This document shows, in pieces, positions 43,499 through 48,455 of a stretch of DNA of 48,455 bases. The translations under genes and the position numbers were made by a program. This DNA comes from Candidatus Methylomirabilis oxygeniifera (GTDB taxonomy: Bacteria; Methylomirabilota; Methylomirabilia; Methylomirabilales; Methylomirabilaceae). The first letter of the stretch is position 1. Each line of letters begins with the position of its first letter. Location of the stretch: positions 1 through 48,455 of the forward strand of contig JACPQW010000064.1 in assembly GCA_016190285.1 (NCBI GenBank), written 5' to 3'. Below the pieces are notes generated by a model. It had not been told where the DNA came from. It did no database searches and saw only the letters and a program-made list of their open reading frames with translations.

Positions 43499-43872
43499 AC
43501 GTTGTGGACTCGAGCGCCTGGCTTGAATACTTTGCCAATGGACCAAACGCGAGCTTTTTTGCCAAACCCGTTGAGGACGCGCGACGACTCGTTGTCCCCA
43601 CCTTGGCGATCTTCGAGGTATTCAAGCGAGTCCTGCAGCAGCGGACGGAAGGGGACGCCTTGCAGGCCATTGCTGTCATGAGGCAAGGAATCGTGGTCGA
43701 CTTGAACACGCCAATCGCGCTACGGGCCGCGAAGCTGAGTGTAGACCACCGCCTGCCGATGGCCGACAGCGTGATTCTGGCGACGGCTCGCGCCTATCAC
43801 GCAACGTTATGGACCCAGGATGCCGATTTCAAGAATCTGCCGGGGGTGCAGTACCGTTCCGGGCGATCGTAA
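43495..43872 (+). CDS. vapC: VapC/PIN-domain toxin
   Basis: VVDSSAWLEY, FEVFK, LPMADSVILATA and WTQDADF; ATGA overlap with the antitoxin. Confidence 0.92.
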   Translation: MNVVDSSAWLEYFANGPNASFFAKPVEDARRLVVPTLAIFEVFKRVLQQRTEGDALQAIAVMRQGIVVDLNTPIALRAAKLSVDHRLPMADSVILATARAYHATLWTQDADFKNLPGVQYRSGRS

Positions 43873-44165
43873 TCGATTAGTGGGTGTGCGACGCGCTGCA
43901 CCCGGCTTCCGGGTTCGGTGCGTCGCTCCTGAAGGCAAGGCGTTGTTCTGCGCCATGGGCGGGTTGACCGCGGGCGATGGCGCGGATGCTTCGCGCCGAT
44001 CCTCAAGCTACTACAGCAGACGATTATCCAGGTGGACACGCTCGCCCATCTACCTACCGCTGACCCCCAGCCTCGTTCGAATGACGACTGTGGTCGTCGA
44101 GTGTTCCGAAAAGATGATTTCTTTGGGCTTTCCAAAGACCGCAGCATGATCCAAAGGAGCAATCA

Positions 44166-46358
44166 ATGAAGGCAAACCCCGATGGGCTTTCCCCTTGGTG
44201 GCGATATTCACTTGCCATCACAATGATATGTGGGTTAGCCGTGTTGATTTGGCTGGCGGTGCGTACCTATCAATTTGCGCCGCCAATCCCGGACAAGGTG
44301 ACCGGTCCCGGCGGCGCGACCGTCATGACGGCCGAAGAGATCCGAGCCGGTCAGGAGGTCTTCTTGAAGTACGGCCTGATGGAAAACGGGTCCGTCTGGG
44401 GACATGGCGCGTATCTAGGGCCGGATTTTTCGGCGGAGTATTTGCACGCCTTGGCGGTTGCGGCAGGACCGGCGTTGAAGCAGAATCGCCATGACCCGCA
44501 CACAGGGATACTGACGTTTACGGAGGCGGAGGCGGCGACATTCGAGCAGCAGGTGGCGAGGTGGACGGCGTACTTCGCCGAGCCGGCGGGCAGTATAGGG
44601 TTGCCGGCCGGATATATCACTGACCCTAAGGAGTTGCGACAGCTTACCGCCTTCTTCGCGTGGACGGCATGGGCGTCCGTGGCGAATCGACCCGACAAGC
44701 CCTACTCGTACACGAACAACTTTCCGTACGAACCGCTGGCCGGGAATACGCTCACAGCCGACGCGATTCTGTGGAGCGCGCTGAGCCTGATTACGCTGTT
44801 GGCGGGGATCGCGGGGGTGCTGTTCGCGTTCGGCAAGTTTGATTTCCTTGGCTGGAAGGGCCGGAGCGGGCATGTGCACCCGATGATGTTGCCGGGTGTG
44901 GCCTCGAATAGCCAACGGGCGACGATCAAGCTCTTTGCGATGGTGGCGCTGCTGTTTGTGGCGCAGGTGATTGTCGGCGCCGCAACCGCGCATTACCGGG
45001 CTGAGCCCGGCAAGTTCTACGGTATCGATTTGGCGCAAGTCGCGCCGAGCCACATCATGCGGACATGGCATTTGCAGTTGGCGATCTTCTGGATCGCGAC
45101 AGCCTACGTTGCGGGCGGACTGTTCCTGGCGGCGGCGCTGGGCAACCGGGAGATGCGCGGGCAGGTTCCGGGCATCAACCTGTTGTGTGCCGCGCTGGCG
45201 GTAGTCGTTGTCGGCAGTTCGTTAGGCGAGTGGCTGGGGGTGAATCAGGTGTTCGGCCCGCTCTGGTTTTGGCTGGGGCATCAAGGCTGGGAGTATCTGG
45301 ATCTGGGGCGGGCATGGCAGGTTCTGTTGGTGATTGGGCTGGTGCTGTGGCTGATATTATTGGTGCGCGCGATGGCGCCGGCACGAGACAACCCGAAACA
45401 GCGCCACGTCGTATCGCTGTTTCAGTATACGGCTCTTGCGATCCCGCTCTTTTACCTGCCGGCCATGTTCTTCGACAGCACAACGCACCTATCGGTGGTG
45501 GATAACTGGCGGTTCTGGATCGTCCACCTCTGGGTTGAAGGATTTCTGGAGTTATTTGTGACGGTGATGGTGGCGCTGATCTTCTTCCAGTTGGGCGTTA
45601 TGTCACACGCGAATGTGGAGCGAGTCATCTATCTTGACGCGATCCTGTATCTCGGCAGCGGCATTGTCGGTACCGGGCATCATTGGTACTGGACCGGTCA
45701 GACCACCATCACGATGGCCCTGTCGGCCGTCTTCTCGGCCATGGAGGTCGTGCCGCTGACGTTGCTGACACTGGATGCGTGGGACTTCATCAAGCTGACC
45801 AAGAGCGAGTGTGACGCGTGCGAGCTGCCGGTGGCGGTGCCGCATAAGTGGTTGTTCTACTTCTTGATGGCGGTCGGATTCTGGAATTTCGTCGGCGCCG
45901 GGGTGTTTGGTTTTCTCATCAACCTGCCCGTCGTCAGTTTCTACGAGGTTGGCACGATCCTAACATCGAATCATGGGCATACCGCGATGATGGGGGTGTT
46001 CGGGATGCTGGCGTTGGCACTGATGGTGCTGGCGTTCCGGCAGGTGCTGGATGAGCAGCAGTGGCAGCGCGTGGAGAAGTATGTGCGCGTATCATTTTGG
46101 GGATTGAACATCGGCTTGGCGCTGATGGTGATACTCAGCCTCTTCCCTGGAGGTGTCTTACAACTGTGGGATGTATTGACCAACGGCTACTGGCACGCAC
46201 GCGGTCCGGAGTTTATGGATCAACCGTTCGTGCGTGTGCTCGAATGGCTGCGCCTTCCGGGTGATGCAGTGTTTATCGCATTCGGCGCGGTGCCGATGGC
46301 GCTGGCGGCGATCATGACCTGGCGATTCACGCACGCGAATGGCAGAGGTCAATCATGA
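44166..46358 (+). CDS. norZ: Quinol-dependent nitric oxide reductase (qNor)
   Basis: GSVWGHGAYLGPD, YTNNFP, RTWHLQ, HLWVEGFLE, GTGHHWYW, EVVPL and HGHTA: all canonical heme/non-heme iron ligands and catalytic Glu present. Confidence 0.93.
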   Translation: MKANPDGLSPWWRYSLAITMICGLAVLIWLAVRTYQFAPPIPDKVTGPGGATVMTAEEIRAGQEVFLKYGLMENGSVWGHGAYLGPDFSAEYLHALAVAAGPALKQNRHDPHTGILTFTEAEAATFEQQVARWTAYFAEPAGSIGLPAGYITDPKELRQLTAFFAWTAWASVANRPDKPYSYTNNFPYEPLAGNTLTADAILWSALSLITLLAGIAGVLFAFGKFDFLGWKGRSGHVHPMMLPGVASNSQRATIKLFAMVALLFVAQVIVGAATAHYRAEPGKFYGIDLAQVAPSHIMRTWHLQLAIFWIATAYVAGGLFLAAALGNREMRGQVPGINLLCAALAVVVVGSSLGEWLGVNQVFGPLWFWLGHQGWEYLDLGRAWQVLLVIGLVLWLILLVRAMAPARDNPKQRHVVSLFQYTALAIPLFYLPAMFFDSTTHLSVVDNWRFWIVHLWVEGFLELFVTVMVALIFFQLGVMSHANVERVIYLDAILYLGSGIVGTGHHWYWTGQTTITMALSAVFSAMEVVPLTLLTLDAWDFIKLTKSECDACELPVAVPHKWLFYFLMAVGFWNFVGAGVFGFLINLPVVSFYEVGTILTSNHGHTAMMGVFGMLALALMVLAFRQVLDEQQWQRVEKYVRVSFWGLNIGLALMVILSLFPGGVLQLWDVLTNGYWHARGPEFMDQPFVRVLEWLRLPGDAVFIAFGAVPMALAAIMTWRFTHANGRGQS

Positions 46359-46684
46359 GACGACTCTGTAATGACGTGGCTTCCCACGTCCCGTGCGAGC
46401 CAACCCGGCATCAGGGATGGGACTGGCTGGTCAACGATCTGGACCTCACGCTCGAACAACTCGCCAGAAAGAAATTGTACAAATTTATGGATTGTATCGA
46501 TGAGTTAACCCGTATTCATGGAGATGCGGCATTTGTAGAGGATCGCAACGGCATATTTGACGCGCATGACTTCGGCTATCGAATGATCCTGGCCGACAGC
46601 GGTGTTGGTCCGAGGTGCTATTGGAAGATCCATACCGAGCCGGAACGAACGGACGAATCGATGACAGCCGCATGGGGTTCTTAA
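46355..46684 (+). CDS. Hypothetical protein, possibly a gene fragment
   Basis: ATGA overlap with the qNor stop; protein-like composition; no confident family. Confidence 0.4.
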   Translation: MRRLCNDVASHVPCEPTRHQGWDWLVNDLDLTLEQLARKKLYKFMDCIDELTRIHGDAAFVEDRNGIFDAHDFGYRMILADSGVGPRCYWKIHTEPERTDESMTAAWGS

Positions 46685-46845
46685 CGAGACAGGGCTCAAG
46701 AGGGCTTCAGCGGACGGGTTGTACATCCGGTGACGGCCTGTACGCCGCCAGGGGAGCGGTGAGACGGTTCCGTGGGACCCGGGTTCTCGCATCGCCAGGG
46801 TGTCGGTGACGCGGCTGTCATGACTTCAGCGAGGAGCGAACGAAG

Positions 46846-47379
46846 ATGCTAAAGTACTTCACCGCGAGTGCTGTCATCGGTGTTCTGTTGCTGGGCTCGT
46901 TTCAGGCGGCCTTCGCGACGAACATCACGGATTTGCTTTTTGAAATCAATACCAAGGACGATGATAAGGACAAAACCGAACCGATTAATTTTCAAATCCT
47001 GAAGAATGATACGATCGTGGTCTACGATTCCAACTGGGTCTTTGGGAACTGGTCATTCAAGGAGAACGCATATAACTATAAGAGAGCGCCTTGGGGGGGA
47101 GCCAAGATCCTCGTGCCCATTACCACCGACGATTGCCCGGCGCTGACATTACGCGTCGAAAAGATGGGCGATCATAGTTGGAAAGCCAGCTTTCAGGTCC
47201 GAGCTAACAACAACGAGCTTATACTGCTGACCGAGACGCCGACCGTTCTGTTTGGCGAGAGCCATGCGATCCGCCCCGACAAGCCGCTGCAGGGCCCGAA
47301 AGGTGCGAAGGTGATGCAGTCGAACAGCGGGAACGTTCATATCTTCAGATTTAACTGCCCACCGCCGGACAAGAAGTGA
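46846..47379 (+). CDS. Secreted hypothetical protein (beta-rich)
   Basis: Signal peptide ending AFA; GAGGAG SD; lower GC; two Cys. Confidence 0.75.
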   Translation: MLKYFTASAVIGVLLLGSFQAAFATNITDLLFEINTKDDDKDKTEPINFQILKNDTIVVYDSNWVFGNWSFKENAYNYKRAPWGGAKILVPITTDDCPALTLRVEKMGDHSWKASFQVRANNNELILLTETPTVLFGESHAIRPDKPLQGPKGAKVMQSNSGNVHIFRFNCPPPDKK

Positions 47380-47918
47380 TGGGTGAAGTGATGGCGGTGT
47401 GCCGCAGCTCGACGCACTCATTCGACAAACCCCCGGTGGATGCCATTCGCCTGCTCGAAGGCCTCGGCGTAGAAGGCGACGCGCACCTCGGACGAACGGC
47501 GAAGCACCGCTCGCGGGTGGCGGCCGACCCGACCGAGCCGAACCTGCGGCAGGTCCACCTGATCCACGCCGAGTTGCACGACGAGTTGCGGGCCGCCGGG
47601 TTCGATGTCGCCCCGGGTCAGATGGGAGAGAACATCACCACTCGCGGTATCGATCTGCTTGCCCTGCCGACCGGCACGCTGGTTCGACTCGGCCCCGAGG
47701 CGGTTGTCGAGATCACCGGGTTGCGCACCCCATGCGCTCAGCTTGACGCCTTCCAACCCGGGCTGATGGCGGCGGTGCTGGACCGGGACGAGTCCGGCCG
47801 GCTGATCCGCAAGGCCGGCATTATGGGGGTGGTGCGAGCAGGCGGGGTGGTGCGGCCGGGAGATGCGGCCACGGTCGAGTTGCCTCCGCCGCCTCATCGT
47901 CCGTTGGACCGGGTGTAG
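47379..47918 (+). CDS. MOSC-domain protein
   Basis: GVEGDAH, RQVHLI, GENITTRG, LRTPCAQL and GVVRPGD. Confidence 0.9.
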   Translation: MGEVMAVCRSSTHSFDKPPVDAIRLLEGLGVEGDAHLGRTAKHRSRVAADPTEPNLRQVHLIHAELHDELRAAGFDVAPGQMGENITTRGIDLLALPTGTLVRLGPEAVVEITGLRTPCAQLDAFQPGLMAAVLDRDESGRLIRKAGIMGVVRAGGVVRPGDAATVELPPPPHRPLDRV

Positions 47919-47988
47919 CGACTGCGCCTGATGATACGCTGATCGCTGGCTGGTCGGCGGTCCTGCGGGGCGGGTCCTGGTAAGAGGA

Positions 47989-48455
47989 TTAGGCCAGTCG
48001 GCGTCTTAAGTAGGCGCTGAGCGTATCGACGACCGCGACGATCAGGTAGATCGCGATAATGAGGGTGAGTAGCCGGTGCTCCAAAAAAAGGCTGATCGCG
48101 ATCTGGATCTGCTGACCGAGTCCGCCGGCCCCGACATAGCCCAGGATGATCGCCTCCCGGATGTTGACCTCCCAGCGGTACAACGTGTAGCCAACAAACT
48201 CCGGCAGGACCTGCGGGAGGATGCCGTAGAGCAGGATCTGCAGCCGGCCGGCGCCGGTCGCCTGCAGCGCCTCGATCGGTTGGGTTGCGACGTTCTCCAT
48301 CACCTCCCCAAACAGCCTGCCCAAGACTCCCCCTGTGTGTATTCCCAGAGCGAGCATCCCTGGGAACGGGCCAAGGCCGACCGCAAAGACCAGGATCAGC
48401 GCCCAGACCAGGTGAGGGACGGTCCGAAGGAGGTTGAGGGCGGCCTTGGCGCCAA
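47989..48455 (-). CDS. phnE: Phosphonate ABC transporter permease PhnE (5' end outside the window)
   Basis: RTVP..VWALI, GLGPFPG, EALQATGA and YRWEVNIREAIILGYVGAGGLG. Confidence 0.9.
   Translation of the reverse strand, partial: GAKAALNLLRTVPHLVWALILVFAVGLGPFPGMLALGIHTGGVLGRLFGEVMENVATQPIEALQATGAGRLQILLYGILPQVLPEFVGYTLYRWEVNIREAIILGYVGAGGLGQQIQIAISLFLEHRLLTLIIAIYLIVAVVDTLSAYLRRRLA

Noticed and set aside
44166-46358. Nitric oxide dismutase (Nod)
   Set aside because: HLWVEGFLE and GTGHH retain the canonical His/Glu residues; Nod-type substitutions (e.g. HH to HN) are absent.
46355-46684. Abortive-infection (AbiJ-like) defence gene
   Set aside because: Only a vague resemblance in a short ORF; cannot be supported without a profile search.
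1-48455. CRISPR array, retron or diversity-generating retroelement
   Set aside because: No regularly spaced repeats with unique spacers, no cas genes, no reverse transcriptase and no TR/VR pair seen.

Overview
The window has two parts. Positions 1 to about 20068 hold the repressor-proximal part of a transposable (Mu/B3-like) prophage, almost all on the minus strand. It runs from three cargo genes and a repressor/Ner switch through an early operon (DDE transposase, ExeA-type AAA ATPase, Gam, GemA) and a P22-type antirepressor, then a lysis cluster, terminases, portal and MuF, and continues off the left edge. Positions ~20400-48455 are host chromosome: a ~17 kb metal island (SmbP, PepSY-TM protein, TonB-dependent receptor, TonB/ExbBD, CopC/CopD, putative porin, CzcCBA-type efflux), then PASTA/rsmB/fmt, a decayed mobile-looking patch with toxin-antitoxin genes, a canonical quinol-dependent NO reductase, a MOSC protein and a partial phnE. 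The gene content is reminiscent of NC10/Methylomirabilis-like bacteria, but that is inference only. The most notable signals are: (1) each of the three metal operons is headed by a secreted His/Cys-rich leader ORF ending in an RSPP/SPPP motif, suggesting metal-sensing ribosome-stalling control; (2) a C4/CI-like antisense RNA switch in front of the antirepressor of a Mu-like phage; (3) boxC-like palindromes and 7-mer tandem repeats sitting in frame inside essential phage genes; (4) a secreted HExxH protease heading a lysis cluster that lacks a classical endolysin; (5) an enhancer-like repeat/IHF cluster that shares an 11-mer with the prophage end. All family assignments come from motif recognition by eye; no database search was run.
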